NCBI GenBank assembly: GCA_000002445.1
Contig: CM000208.1
Location: 1,632,001 to 1,696,000, forward strand
DNA: 64,000 nt
Source of the DNA: Trypanosoma brucei
Taxonomy: Eukaryota
Reading direction: 5' to 3'
The stretch's first letter is position 1, and each line of letters begins with the position of its first letter. Shown piece by piece: positions 54,090 to 64,000 of the stretch. The notes below the pieces were generated by a model. The model did no database searches. It was not told the DNA's origin and worked only from the letters and a program-made list of their open reading frames with translations. The position numbers and the translations under genes are program-made.

Positions 54090-55010
54090 ATGTCCACAGC
54101 GAAGAGTTTTCCGATGGCTCAACTTTCTACACGGGCTCAGTATAGCCGTATGCAACGAGAGTTTGTGCAGTTACAAAGGCAGGAGAATCCACGAAATATA
54201 AACTTTACCACTTCTTTAAAAAATCGCCACAAGAATCGCTATTTGGACATATTGGCCAATGAGGAGACAATATATCCACCGGTCCTAAAGGCCGTCGGGG
54301 CACAACCTGGGCGTTATCCCTATATCAATGGGAATTTAATCGATCTTGATTTGCCACATACGTTTGTCGCTTGTCAGGCTCCCGTACCGCAAGGTGTCCC
54401 TGACTTTTTAGAGACCCTCAGTGAGAAGAAGGTGGACCTTGTTGTGATGCTCACTAAACTACGGGAGGGTGGTGTTTTGAAGGCAGAGCGTTATTGGCCG
54501 GAAGAAGAGGAAGATTCCTTGTCATTTCCGGAATCTGGACACGATGCTATAAAGGTGACAAGGGATGCGGAGGCGTCGTACGAGGTTGATGCTGAGCTTG
54601 ACATCGTGCGTCGTCCGCTCGTTATCCATGTACCCGGTAAGCCAATGCATCGGGTGCTGCAAGTGCAGTACGTCGGTTGGCCCGATCACGGTGTTCCAGA
54701 ATCCGCAGCATCATTTGACGAGCTCTTGTCGGTAATCAAGAACTGCGTAACCACTTCCCCCATATTGGTACATTGTAGTGCTGGTATTGGTAGGACGGGG
54801 ACACTAATAGGTGCCTATGCCGCTCTACTTCACATTGAGCGCGGGATCCTTACTGATTCAACCGTATACTCTATAGTTGCAGCGATGAAGCAAAAGCGAT
54901 TCGGTATGGTTCAACGGTTAGAGCAGTATGCAGTTATCTATATGACTGTTCTGGGCCGGCTCGGTGTGGATATTAGTGGACTGGTGTCGACACTTAACTT
55001 AAAAGCGTAG
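54090..55010 (+). CDS. classical protein tyrosine phosphatase (CX5R active site)
   Basis: Active-site P-loop VHCSAGIGRTGTLIG. The WPD loop is VGWPDHGVP. The Q-loop region is QRLEQY. Confidence 0.85.
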   Translation: MSTAKSFPMAQLSTRAQYSRMQREFVQLQRQENPRNINFTTSLKNRHKNRYLDILANEETIYPPVLKAVGAQPGRYPYINGNLIDLDLPHTFVACQAPVPQGVPDFLETLSEKKVDLVVMLTKLREGGVLKAERYWPEEEEDSLSFPESGHDAIKVTRDAEASYEVDAELDIVRRPLVIHVPGKPMHRVLQVQYVGWPDHGVPESAASFDELLSVIKNCVTTSPILVHCSAGIGRTGTLIGAYAALLHIERGILTDSTVYSIVAAMKQKRFGMVQRLEQYAVIYMTVLGRLGVDISGLVSTLNLKA

Positions 55011-55888
55011 TCGGCTGTGCCATAACTTACCCCTTTGCACATGTGTGTGTAGCGCCGCAACGTATCGTATTACTCGTTTGACGAACTGTTCTCCCCTGCT
55101 TTTTCTGTAACCTCTCAGACATGAAGAGTCACATTGGTGTGCGGGAGAGAAGAGGGCTTGACCCGTACAGCATGGCTGGATACTCCTCACGTGCCGTGCC
55201 GCGTGAATAAATGATACGGTAATGCGGAAGTGATAATGTTTGTGGAACGACTTGCCAAACATTGTCGGAGAATTCATGTGTTTTGACGTTAATACCAATA
55301 TCGGTCAACCTCCTTGTGTGTAATTTTTTTTCCCTCATTTTTCTGAAACCAGACCTCCAACGTTTGTTTAACGCTTTGTTTCGAGTGTGAGGAAAAAAAT
55401 AACAACAGAGGGAAGCCTTTGTTCTCTCCACCTCACTTTCTATTACTCACTTTTATTGGAGATATATATATTTTTTCTTTTCGCCCTCAGTCAGAGCAAA
55501 CGGCAACTGTAGGAGGAGATTCATTCCCCGTAAGGGACGGAGAGGGTGCTTGAATCCTCGCAGCCCTGCTATTTGGTGTCGATTCGAAACCTTGGTGTGC
55601 AAACAATAAAACAAACAGAAAACGTAGACTGAGGAGGGACGTGGAGCCCGTACGCCAAGGAGGTAAACCAAAAAGAGGGGGAAAATAACGAAGAGCAGGG
55701 ACAGCAAGAACACGTTTTGGGATTTCGAGGAATAAGTTCAATTTGGTGTCGGCTACGTTTGATCGTTTACGAAGGGTAGAAAAAAGTTCGTAGTAACGAC
55801 CGTACAACAAAAGGTAGCTGGGAAAAAATTGATTGAGTGACACGATTTTGTCATTGCGGCGGAAAACATTAATTCGATCGGCCACGAG

Positions 55889-57415
55889 ATGGCTGGTGCG
55901 GAACAACGACAATTTCACAGCGTAGAGGAAGTTAGCGTAGAGTTAGGTCGCGCATCACTGCATGCTTCTTGGGGTTTCAAGACATATGACGGTGTCTGCC
56001 CCCTTCGTGTACGTGATGTAGCAGCGGAGATTCCTGAAGGTGTAAGGCGCGGTGATGAAATAATTGTAATTAACGGAATCCGACCAGGGAGCTATGATGA
56101 GGGAATGTCATTGCTGCATCAGGCGCAGTCAACCGTTCAGCTATGCGTTCGTCGTAAAGTCAGTGGAAGTAAGTGTGCGACAACAGTTGATGAAGGTGCA
56201 GAACCGCGGGAGTGTGAGTATATTGGTATCGAGCGAAACAGCTGGCGCAATCGAGCCTCACTCCATTCGCTTTCCCCTAGCGCGGAATGGGAGGGCACTA
56301 TATCCCCACAGCAACAACAACGGAAACCTGCGGACCAAACTACTGCAACATCATGTCACCACTCAGAGTCGGGTGTGAGGACGTCTGCACAGCTTGCACT
56401 TGACAAGGTGCTTTTGGCTGCGTGTGGAAAAGACGCACATTGTGAGGACACAATCACTGAAGGTACTACCGACACGGAGGGGCCACCAAGTGGGCCGAGC
56501 AGGGCCCCACTTTCCATTAACAGTCAAGTTGCTGGTATATGGCGAGGCATTTTAACTAGGAAACGGAAGCGTCTTGATGACGCCTCAAGGGATAGCAAAA
56601 ACTACATGGACGTTTGTAGTGTGCTTCCCAAACTTACCCACCAGGTCATTTACGACTGCCAAAACTGCCCCTTTTCAATTGAGGAGGGTTTCGTACCGGA
56701 GTTTCACAAATCTGTCCAGTACATTATGACTGAAAGGGCGCTGTCCCAAAAGCACGCCGCCGGTGACGAGGACGGAGACGGGGACGCGAAAGTGATGCTG
56801 GCGCCGGTGAAGGATCGCTCCGACGAAGATTTGTCAGCGGTGATGGCACAGGTAGAGGCTAAGAAGGCTCAGTGCGAAAAGGAAGTGAGCCAACGCGACA
56901 CTGTTGCTGATGTACACCGAATGAAAAAGATGTTGAGCTCGCAGCAAAGTGGCATGCTGAAGGTGGTGGAAAGCCACCGTGAGAGCCTTCTGCAGAAACT
57001 GAGGGAAGATGTGGGTTGGTATCGAGAGACGGAGTGCAGCGCCCAGGACTTCTTTGCTTTGCACTCAAAGGCCATCTCATGGTGTAGGAAAGCGTCGATA
57101 AAGCAATCTCCCGTTGATTCTAAGGTGAAGTACCCCGCATTTCACCATGGAAACCGCGAGGGCCATAAGCGGCACGAGCACCCTCAACTGCTCCCACCAC
57201 CGCCACCGCCACCGCCACCACCGCTGTCACAGCCGCATTTTCCACCCCCACCGTTTGCAGCGGCCCCTTCTAGCGCTGCTGTTGTCCCTGTGAGTACGGT
57301 TTCACCCCGTGGTAGGGTTGGATACGTTGCTCCCCCAGGGTATGCCAGGCGGCTTCCTCAGCACCCTCCTCTTTTTGATGTACGAACGCTGAATGCGACG
57401 TTGTATCACCGGTAG
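55889..57415 (+). CDS. hypothetical protein with C-terminal polyproline tract
   Basis: 508-aa ATG ORF. No catalytic domain recognised. A run LLPPPPPPPPPPLSQPHFPPPP sits near the C-terminus. Confidence 0.4.
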   Translation: MAGAEQRQFHSVEEVSVELGRASLHASWGFKTYDGVCPLRVRDVAAEIPEGVRRGDEIIVINGIRPGSYDEGMSLLHQAQSTVQLCVRRKVSGSKCATTVDEGAEPRECEYIGIERNSWRNRASLHSLSPSAEWEGTISPQQQQRKPADQTTATSCHHSESGVRTSAQLALDKVLLAACGKDAHCEDTITEGTTDTEGPPSGPSRAPLSINSQVAGIWRGILTRKRKRLDDASRDSKNYMDVCSVLPKLTHQVIYDCQNCPFSIEEGFVPEFHKSVQYIMTERALSQKHAAGDEDGDGDAKVMLAPVKDRSDEDLSAVMAQVEAKKAQCEKEVSQRDTVADVHRMKKMLSSQQSGMLKVVESHRESLLQKLREDVGWYRETECSAQDFFALHSKAISWCRKASIKQSPVDSKVKYPAFHHGNREGHKRHEHPQLLPPPPPPPPPPLSQPHFPPPPFAAAPSSAAVVPVSTVSPRGRVGYVAPPGYARRLPQHPPLFDVRTLNATLYHR

Positions 57416-57786
57416 AGCGATGCAAGTTGACGAGTGCGCTGTGTCTTTTGGTTCCCCAGTCGCGGTCCTAATGATAATTTGGTACTTCCGGCGCAAGGTT
57501 TAAGGTGTTGGTCCTCTCTTCCACCCCTCTTTTGCGCGGTAGTGGACGGTTGCGGCATTTGTGGATGCTTCTGCTCTGACTTCATTTGCTTTTGTTTACC
57601 TGAAGGGTACGCGAGGGGTGTGTAACATTCTTAAACATATATATATATATATATAATGTACATGTGTACGTCCGTGTGTGGTATCGTGTGCGTGCTGTAA
57701 GGGAGCCCACGGGCTTTGCTTAAACCATTTTTACTTCTCACTAACGTGATATCGCTCCCTCTAAAGTCACATTCTTTGCGGGTTGG

Positions 57787-58977
57787 ATGGAAGCTGTTGT
57801 GTATGAGATCGAGCAGGACCCAGATACAAGGTTGCATCGGCTAAGAAATGCTATGCTAGCCTTCGTTTCTGTACCCATGGCTTCTCCTCCTGCAGTGGCT
57901 CTTCTCGTTTCTCTCTCCCTGGACGAACCCCCGGGTTCTTCACGCAAGCAGCAGGATCGGGCCACAACAAAAGCAACGGCGGTCGAGACCCAACTTCGGA
58001 GCGCGTGCGACGATCGAGCCGTGCTTCTGAAGTGGTTGCGAGCCGAGATGAACATCGTGTTAGATATTCCTGTAGCCGCTTCTTTTGAACCTAGTGGGGC
58101 GGAGCAACTCTCCGTACTCTCCACATGGCAACAAGACCAGCACCGGTCCCCCCTGCGTAAAGCGGATATCGTATTACTTTCGTTGCGTAATGTGGCACCG
58201 CTGTGGGATAATCACGAGACTAGTTCATCCCTGCTCGGTCGTCAGCGTGACGTCTGTGCCCCACACCTTGGGTTGTTTCTTCTTGCTCATCAGAGCCTAT
58301 TGCTTGATGTGACCTGCTGTGTCGGAGGTGGAAAGCTGGAGTTGTTATCCCCTGCGGCCTTCAGTCCACTTCGTGCACGGCACATCGCGAAAGGCCGCAC
58401 AGCAGCCGTAGCATTTTACGGCTGTTGGCTGTCGCTAGCAGCAACACCAAGCGGTTTTCACATCTTACAGAAGAGACTTCAGTCACTAAACGAGCACGTT
58501 CTTTCTGCTATGCAGTTGCCCTTGTGCTGTTCTTACGGCGGAAAAGTTGGCAACCTTCAGCATAATTTATCAACGGTACCCAGCCCAGCAGGGGCGGCGC
58601 GACCCCGTGAGGTCCACACGGTTTCCGCACCACTGCTGCCCACGCGTCCATTAAGGGACATATTCAGTCTTCTGGGTTTCCTATTGGCTTGCCCGCACGT
58701 TGACTATTACAGCGAGGCCACTAAGTTTTGTACTCGGGTGGCGACAAGGAGAAAAACTGCATTGGTAACAGAGAACAAGTGTTTCAGCGGCTGCGCGACA
58801 CACAGTGAGGAGGTGGTTAAGAGATATGACAGAAAACGGATGAGAGGCGTGATTCGCGCATCATTGTCCATGCGTTCAAAGCGGCAACAGCACTCAAGTG
58901 CTCCAGATAAAAAACAAACTTTCACACAGCTAATAACATCGGAAGAACCTCTGTGGTATGAAGACTGCGGGTCTTAA
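57787..58977 (+). CDS. hypothetical protein
   Basis: 396-aa ATG ORF on the coding strand with no recognisable domain. Confidence 0.35.
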   Translation: MEAVVYEIEQDPDTRLHRLRNAMLAFVSVPMASPPAVALLVSLSLDEPPGSSRKQQDRATTKATAVETQLRSACDDRAVLLKWLRAEMNIVLDIPVAASFEPSGAEQLSVLSTWQQDQHRSPLRKADIVLLSLRNVAPLWDNHETSSSLLGRQRDVCAPHLGLFLLAHQSLLLDVTCCVGGGKLELLSPAAFSPLRARHIAKGRTAAVAFYGCWLSLAATPSGFHILQKRLQSLNEHVLSAMQLPLCCSYGGKVGNLQHNLSTVPSPAGAARPREVHTVSAPLLPTRPLRDIFSLLGFLLACPHVDYYSEATKFCTRVATRRKTALVTENKCFSGCATHSEEVVKRYDRKRMRGVIRASLSMRSKRQQHSSAPDKKQTFTQLITSEEPLWYEDCGS

Positions 58978-59257
58978 GAGGGGGTCTCCACAGCACCCAC
59001 TACTTCATCTCTCTGAGATCATATACGCTGTCTCGGATTTTGTCTCCACTGCGGTTTGTTGTTGTTTTTGTGGATGGGGTGACTATCCTCTTTTTCAGCC
59101 ATCCTCCTCACTCCATTGTCATTCTCTTTGTGTTTCTCGAACCTAAATAGAAAAAATACGTTGAGAAGGTGCGTATTTGCTTTTCGGTGAACAAAGGTTT
59201 GTATAAAATAAGCCCGCTTTCTCTTATACATAAGCCCCACTTACCCTTGTAAAAAAG

Positions 59258-60727
59258 ATGATGCAAGGATTTCCCTCCTTAGGGGAAAAGGACCCAGCTG
59301 CCAAGCCACCAGCAGAGGGAAAACCGACCTCAGCTTCGGGAGAGAAACAACCGAGCGAAGCAGTACAGGGAATACCGCTATACCAAGGTGATGGTGATGA
59401 TAAAGAAGGATTGAAACGTTTTGTGGTACAGGGGTATAAGGATGTGTGGGCTGCAATATTATACATTTTATGCATTTTCGCCATCGCTGGAATCGGAGTA
59501 CACGCAATGTGGTCGAGAGGCTCCTCCGAAGAAAAACAAGAGGTTAAAAAAACAACAGCAGAAAATGAGCCTTCAAATTCAAAGTCCCTTTGGAGTGTCT
59601 ACTTTCTTGTTGGTGTGGCTGCTGCCGCTTCCATCGGTGCGGCGTCCGTGTCGTTTCTACTGATGCGTATGTTTCCACGCAAGACAATTCTTTTCGCAAA
59701 CATTGCCGCCATAATTATAAACATCATTTCAGCTTTGCTAGCAATATTATCAGGACACATGGTAAGCGGTATCCTCATGATGACATTATGTGCCCTGCAC
59801 ATAATGTGGTTTTTCTTTGCACGGCACCGAATTCCTTTTGCTGCAGAACTTCTCAAGGCCTCTATCGATGTGTTGTCTGGCTACAAGGCGGTATATTTAT
59901 TCAATGTCATGTTATGTGTTGGTTGCACAGGATTACTTATGCTGTGGGCAAACGCTTTTATGTGGACGTATCAAAGAAGTCAAGCGCAAGATTCATCATT
60001 CTCCGGTATAATTTACCTTTTCCTTATGCTTTTCTTATTTTGGACATCGCAGGTGACAACTAATCTGATGCATGTAACAACTGCTGGACTTACTGCTACA
60101 TGGTACTTTGCTGGTAAGGAGAATATGCCAAAGAATCCCACCCTCGCCTCATTCAAGCGAGGTACCACCACAAGCTTCGGCTCCATTTGCTTTGGGTCAC
60201 TGCTTGTGGCAATTATCCGTCTCATACGGTGGCTCGTGTCAACCGCAGAAGACAGTGAACATGAAATATTACGCTGTGTATTCCTTTGTATTATTGGTTG
60301 TTTGGAGAGGCTGATGGAATACTTCAACACATACGCATTTGTTCATGTTGCCATCTATGGTTGTGGGTACATTGAAGCAGCGAAAATGACATGGGAGTTG
60401 TGTAAACAGTGTGTGTTTTCTGCCCTGTTCAATGACACTCTGATTGATGTAACACTCGGGCTACTTGCTACTTGTGGTTCGCTACTGGTTGGTAGTGTTT
60501 TTGGTTTTCTCTTAAAATCCTGGGCAGCATTCGCGCTTGGTTTTGCCGTTTCTATATTGGTTCACCTCCTCATATTCTCCCCCGTGGGTAGTGCTGTAAC
60601 CACCTTATTCGTATGTTATGCGGAAGTGCCTGAGGGCCTTGAGCACTCATCCCCTGACTTGTACGCGGCTCTTCAGAGAACTGACCAAAACGGCACATCA
60701 AATGGAGCAGCACCTCCACGTGTGTAA
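59258..60727 (+). CDS. CTL/Pns1 (choline transporter-like, Choline_transpo domain) membrane protein, tandem copy 1
   Basis: Multi-pass membrane protein. The C-terminal block CFGSLLVAIIRLIRWLV...RCVFLCIIGCLERLMEYFNTYAFVHVAIYGCGYIEAAKMTWELCKQ parallels the CTL1/Pns1 conserved core (C..C..CCLWCLEKCL.YLN.NAY...AI.G..FC.SAKDAF). Confidence 0.75.
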   Translation: MMQGFPSLGEKDPAAKPPAEGKPTSASGEKQPSEAVQGIPLYQGDGDDKEGLKRFVVQGYKDVWAAILYILCIFAIAGIGVHAMWSRGSSEEKQEVKKTTAENEPSNSKSLWSVYFLVGVAAAASIGAASVSFLLMRMFPRKTILFANIAAIIINIISALLAILSGHMVSGILMMTLCALHIMWFFFARHRIPFAAELLKASIDVLSGYKAVYLFNVMLCVGCTGLLMLWANAFMWTYQRSQAQDSSFSGIIYLFLMLFLFWTSQVTTNLMHVTTAGLTATWYFAGKENMPKNPTLASFKRGTTTSFGSICFGSLLVAIIRLIRWLVSTAEDSEHEILRCVFLCIIGCLERLMEYFNTYAFVHVAIYGCGYIEAAKMTWELCKQCVFSALFNDTLIDVTLGLLATCGSLLVGSVFGFLLKSWAAFALGFAVSILVHLLIFSPVGSAVTTLFVCYAEVPEGLEHSSPDLYAALQRTDQNGTSNGAAPPRV

Positions 60728-61407
60728 AACTTCTTAAGCTCATGCATATAAGGAGGATATGTGTTTGTCTCTCTTCTGCAAAAACTTTCCCTCCCATACC
60801 CAATTTCGCACACTCGCACCGTGTGAAGAAGAGTCAAATATCTTTTGTTTTTGATTCACTATATATAATGCACTGAAGCGTGTGTTATGCATGCAAATAA
60901 ATTGATAACATCGCTGACTCTTCTTTTTGTTCTATTATATTACTCTGTTCGATTTGCTCTTGACTATTTTGTATTTTCTTTCCGTTTCATGTGATGGATG
61001 CGAGGGACATAACCACAACATATTGAATGTGTCGCGGTGTAAACTGCTCTGTTGTGAGCGATCGGTATTGTGTTAGTATTTTTGTTCCAAGTGTTGAGGA
61101 AGTTGAATAGAGTCCTGATGCAGTCCACTCATGCGGTAAGCAGTGATGCGCCTTAGTGTGAGAATTCCTTTGATACTGTGTGATTTGCACACTTCCATTC
61201 TTCTTCGTCACTGGAAGCTGTTGCTACTGCATACTAATGCATCATCATTTCCTATTTCCTTTCCTCTTCCATAATTTTCCATTTTCTCTGTTTTTTAATC
61301 AAACAAATAAGATATATTGCAAGTGTACGCAATTGCTATCCAGCAACAAAGGGCTATAGACACTATTATCTCAGTGATAAGGTATTGTTTATTTCTGAAG
61401 AAGGACG

Positions 61408-62880
61408 ATGAACAAGCAATACGGAACAGAAACAAATCGCTACGACTATGATGTGTGGCAGGAAAATCAGCGGAATTGTCGGCAGGAATGTTCACCACAA
61501 GCTGTGCCGCTACAAGGAATACCGCTATACCAAGGTGATGGTGATGATAAAGAAGAGCTGAAACGTTTTGTGGTACAAGGGTATAAGGATGTGTGGGCTG
61601 CAATATTATACATTTTATGCATTCTTGCAACTATTGGGCTTGGAATATATAATATTGTGAAGCCTGATGCTTCAGGAGAAGAAGAAGAGGAAAGTGTCGT
61701 ATCGGTTAAATCATCTAACCCGTTTTCTGGTGTGTTTAAAAGTGTTTACATTTGGATTGCCGTTGCTGGTGGAATTGCCATAGCTGTGGCGTCGCTTTCC
61801 TTTCTCTTTATGAGGATGTTTCCTCGGAAGATTATTATTGTGGCAAATGTTGTCTCGATTATCATCAATATTGGAGGCGCCGCTGCCGCCATTGTGATGG
61901 GGGTGCTTCCACTTGGCATTGCTTTACTCATTATGTGCGCTATGCACATACTGTGGTTTTACTTTGCACGGCACCGAATTCCTTTTGCTGCAGAACTTCT
62001 CAAGGCCTCTATCGATGTGTTGTCTGGCTACAAGGCGGTATATTTATTCAATGTCATGTTATGTGTTGGTTGTGCGGGGTTTACCATATTATGGGGGTAC
62101 GCAGCTGTTCCTTCACTAGAAACTGCCAGTAACAAAGGTGACAGTGGGGCACTAGCGGTTTTGCTACTTCTTTTCCTTATGTTGGTTTTTTTTTGGTCAT
62201 CTCAAGTTACTGGAAATCTGATGCATGTAACAACTGCTGGACTTACTGCTACATGGTACTTTGCTGGTAAGGAGAATATGCCAAAGAATCCCACCCTCGC
62301 CTCATTCAAGCGAGGTACCACCACAAGCTTCGGCTCCATTTGCTTTGGGTCACTGCTTGTGGCAATTATCCGTCTCATACGGTGGCTCGTGTCAACCGCA
62401 GAAGGTAGTGAACATGAAATATTACGCTGTATATTCCTTTGTATTATTGGTTGTTTGGAGAGTTTGATGGAATACTTCAACACATACGCATTTGTTCATG
62501 TTGCCATCTATGGTTGTGGGTACATTGAAGCAGCGAAAATGACATGGGAGTTGTGTAAACAGTGTGTGTTTTCTGCCCTGTTCAATGACACTCTAATTGA
62601 TGTAACACTGAATCTACTTGTTACTTGTGGTTCGCTACTGGTTGGTAGTGTTGTCGGTCTACTCTTCAGATCCTGGGTAGCATTCGCGCTTGGTTTTGCC
62701 GTTTCTATATTGGTTCACCTCCTCATATTCTCCCCCGTAACCAGTGCTGTAACCACCTTATTCGTATGTTATGCGGAAGTGCCTGAGGGCCTTGAGCACT
62801 CATCCCCTGACTTGTACGCGGCTCTTCAGAGAACTGACCAAAACGGCACATCAAATGGAGCAGCACCTCCACGTGTGTAA
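61408..62880 (+). CDS. CTL/Pns1 family membrane protein, tandem copy 2
   Basis: The C-terminal ~300 aa are almost identical to copy 1. The N-terminal ~130 aa are divergent. The 3' flanking sequence is identical to that of copy 1. Confidence 0.75.
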   Translation: MNKQYGTETNRYDYDVWQENQRNCRQECSPQAVPLQGIPLYQGDGDDKEELKRFVVQGYKDVWAAILYILCILATIGLGIYNIVKPDASGEEEEESVVSVKSSNPFSGVFKSVYIWIAVAGGIAIAVASLSFLFMRMFPRKIIIVANVVSIIINIGGAAAAIVMGVLPLGIALLIMCAMHILWFYFARHRIPFAAELLKASIDVLSGYKAVYLFNVMLCVGCAGFTILWGYAAVPSLETASNKGDSGALAVLLLLFLMLVFFWSSQVTGNLMHVTTAGLTATWYFAGKENMPKNPTLASFKRGTTTSFGSICFGSLLVAIIRLIRWLVSTAEGSEHEILRCIFLCIIGCLESLMEYFNTYAFVHVAIYGCGYIEAAKMTWELCKQCVFSALFNDTLIDVTLNLLVTCGSLLVGSVVGLLFRSWVAFALGFAVSILVHLLIFSPVTSAVTTLFVCYAEVPEGLEHSSPDLYAALQRTDQNGTSNGAAPPRV

Positions 62881-63589
62881 AACTTCTTAAGCTCATGCAT
62901 ATAAGGAGGATATGTGTTTGTCTCTCTTCTGCAAAAACTTTCCCTCCCATACCCAATTTCGCACACTCGCACCGTGTGAAGAAGAGTCAAATATCTTTTG
63001 TTTTTGATTCACTATATATAATGCACTGAAGCGTGTGTTATGTATGCATTTTACCGGCTTCACCATGATAAACCACATACTTGATGTAGTAGGTGAAATT
63101 AGATGCCGCAGTATCTGGTCGTGTGTAGCAGTAAATATATTAATAAATAACGACTCTTTATTATCGTAACTGCGCAAAAAGTGTTTAACATGAGCGATAT
63201 TTTTTATGATACGTACGACATTATCGTGAGCGATCGGTATTGTGTTAGTATTTTTGTTCCGTGTGTTGAGGAAGTTGAATAGAGTCCTGATGCAGTCCAC
63301 TCATGCGGTAAGCAGTGATGCGCCTTAGTGTGAAAATTCCTTTGATACTGTGTGATTTGCACACTTCCATTCTTCTTCGTCACTGGAAGCTGTTTCTACT
63401 GTATACTAATGCATCATCATTTCCTATTTCCTTTCCTCCTCCATCATTTTCCATTTTCTCTGTTTTGTAATCAAACAAATAAGATATATTGCAAGTGTAC
63501 GCAATTGCTATCCAGCAACAAAGGGCTATAGACACTATTATCTCAGTGATAAGGTATTGTTTATTTCTGAAGAAGGACGATGAACAAGC

Positions 63590-64000
63590 AACACGGAACA
63601 GAAACAAATCGTTACGACTATGATGTGTCGCAGAAGGATCGGCGAAATTCTGATTCTCGGGAGTGTTCACCACATGCTGTGCCGCTACAAGGAATACCGC
63701 TATACCAAGGTGAAGGTAATAATCAAGAAGGATTGAAACGTTTTGTGGTACAAGGGTACAAGGATGTGTGGGCTGCAATATTATACATTTTATGCATTCT
63801 TGCAACTATTGGGCTTGGAATATATAATATTATGCGGAAGGATTCTTCGATGAAGGATGTAGAAAGCACTAATACAACAGCAGAAAATGAGCCTTCAAAT
63901 TCAAAGTCCCTTTGGAGTGTCTACTTTCTTGTTGGCGTGGCTGCTGCCGCTTCCATCGGTGCGGCGTCCGTGTCGTTTCTACTGATGCAGAAGTTTCCAC
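63590..64000 (+). CDS. CTL/Pns1 family membrane protein, tandem copy 3 (5' part only, runs off the window)
   Basis: ATG at 63590 sits in the same context as copy 2 (identical 5' flank). The first ~80 codons resemble copy 2. It then switches to the copy-1-type sequence NTTAENEPSNSKSLWSVYFLVGVAAAASIGAASVSFLLM. Confidence 0.65.

Larger units (their letters stand above)
59258..64000 (+). repeat. tandem gene array (unit ~2.15-2.18 kb) of CTL-family genes
   Basis: There are three head-to-tail copies. The coding 3' halves and downstream spacers are near-identical (60728..60870 matches 62881..63020; 61040..61407 matches 63240..63589). The middle spacer segments differ. Confidence 0.85.

Noticed and set aside
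55540-55575. gtcgattcgaaacc resembling the reverse complement of a tRNA T-loop
   Set aside because: It has an extra base relative to the consensus. No complementary acceptor or D-arm sequences are nearby.
59241-63805. Repeated minus-strand ORFs (MRVLRFQRWRKCIKCIILQPTHPY..., MQECIKCIILQPTHPY...) at each CTL gene start
   Set aside because: They are antisense to the conserved N-terminal coding region of the CTL copies, and are repeated only because the sense gene is repeated.

Overview
The window reads as a nuclear chromosome segment from a trypanosomatid, most likely Trypanosoma. About 29 protein-coding genes all lie on the + strand, as expected for one unidirectional polycistronic transcription unit with no strand switch. 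Genes are separated by 0.3-3.5 kb spacers rich in polypyrimidine tracts and microsatellites such as (TG)n, (TA)n and (CAA)n(CAG)n. No rRNA gene, tRNA gene, CRISPR array or recognisable retroelement was found.

Confidently recognised genes include:
- phosphomannomutase
- an AlkB-like 2OG-Fe(II) dioxygenase
- two PPP-family Ser/Thr phosphatase paralogues, one with degenerate metal-binding motifs
- an AAAP-family amino-acid transporter
- mitochondrial chaperonin HSP60, with the GGM C-terminal repeat
- a CDC20/Fizzy-like WD40 protein
- the ALG3 mannosyltransferase
- a small protein combining a PARP-type zinc finger with a PBZ (PAR-binding) zinc finger
- a DUF72 protein, a TPR protein, a GNAT acetyltransferase-domain protein and a DnaJ protein
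- a DDX5/Dbp2-like DEAD-box helicase
- a p24/emp24 cargo receptor
- the BUD31/G10 splicing factor
- an LC8 dynein light chain
- an NSUN2/Trm4-like RNA m5C methyltransferase
- a classical protein tyrosine phosphatase
- a tandem array of at least three CTL/Pns1-family (choline-transporter-like) membrane protein genes with a mosaic, gene-conversion-like pattern

Two further things stand out. A 649-bp direct repeat occurs twice, 2 kb apart, bracketing BUD31; it carries C/D-box-like motifs and may be a snoRNA cluster unit. A roughly 1.1-kb reading frame interrupted by only two stops sits in the largest gene-free gap and may be a pseudogene.

Every functional call rests on motif recognition by eye. 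No database search could be run.
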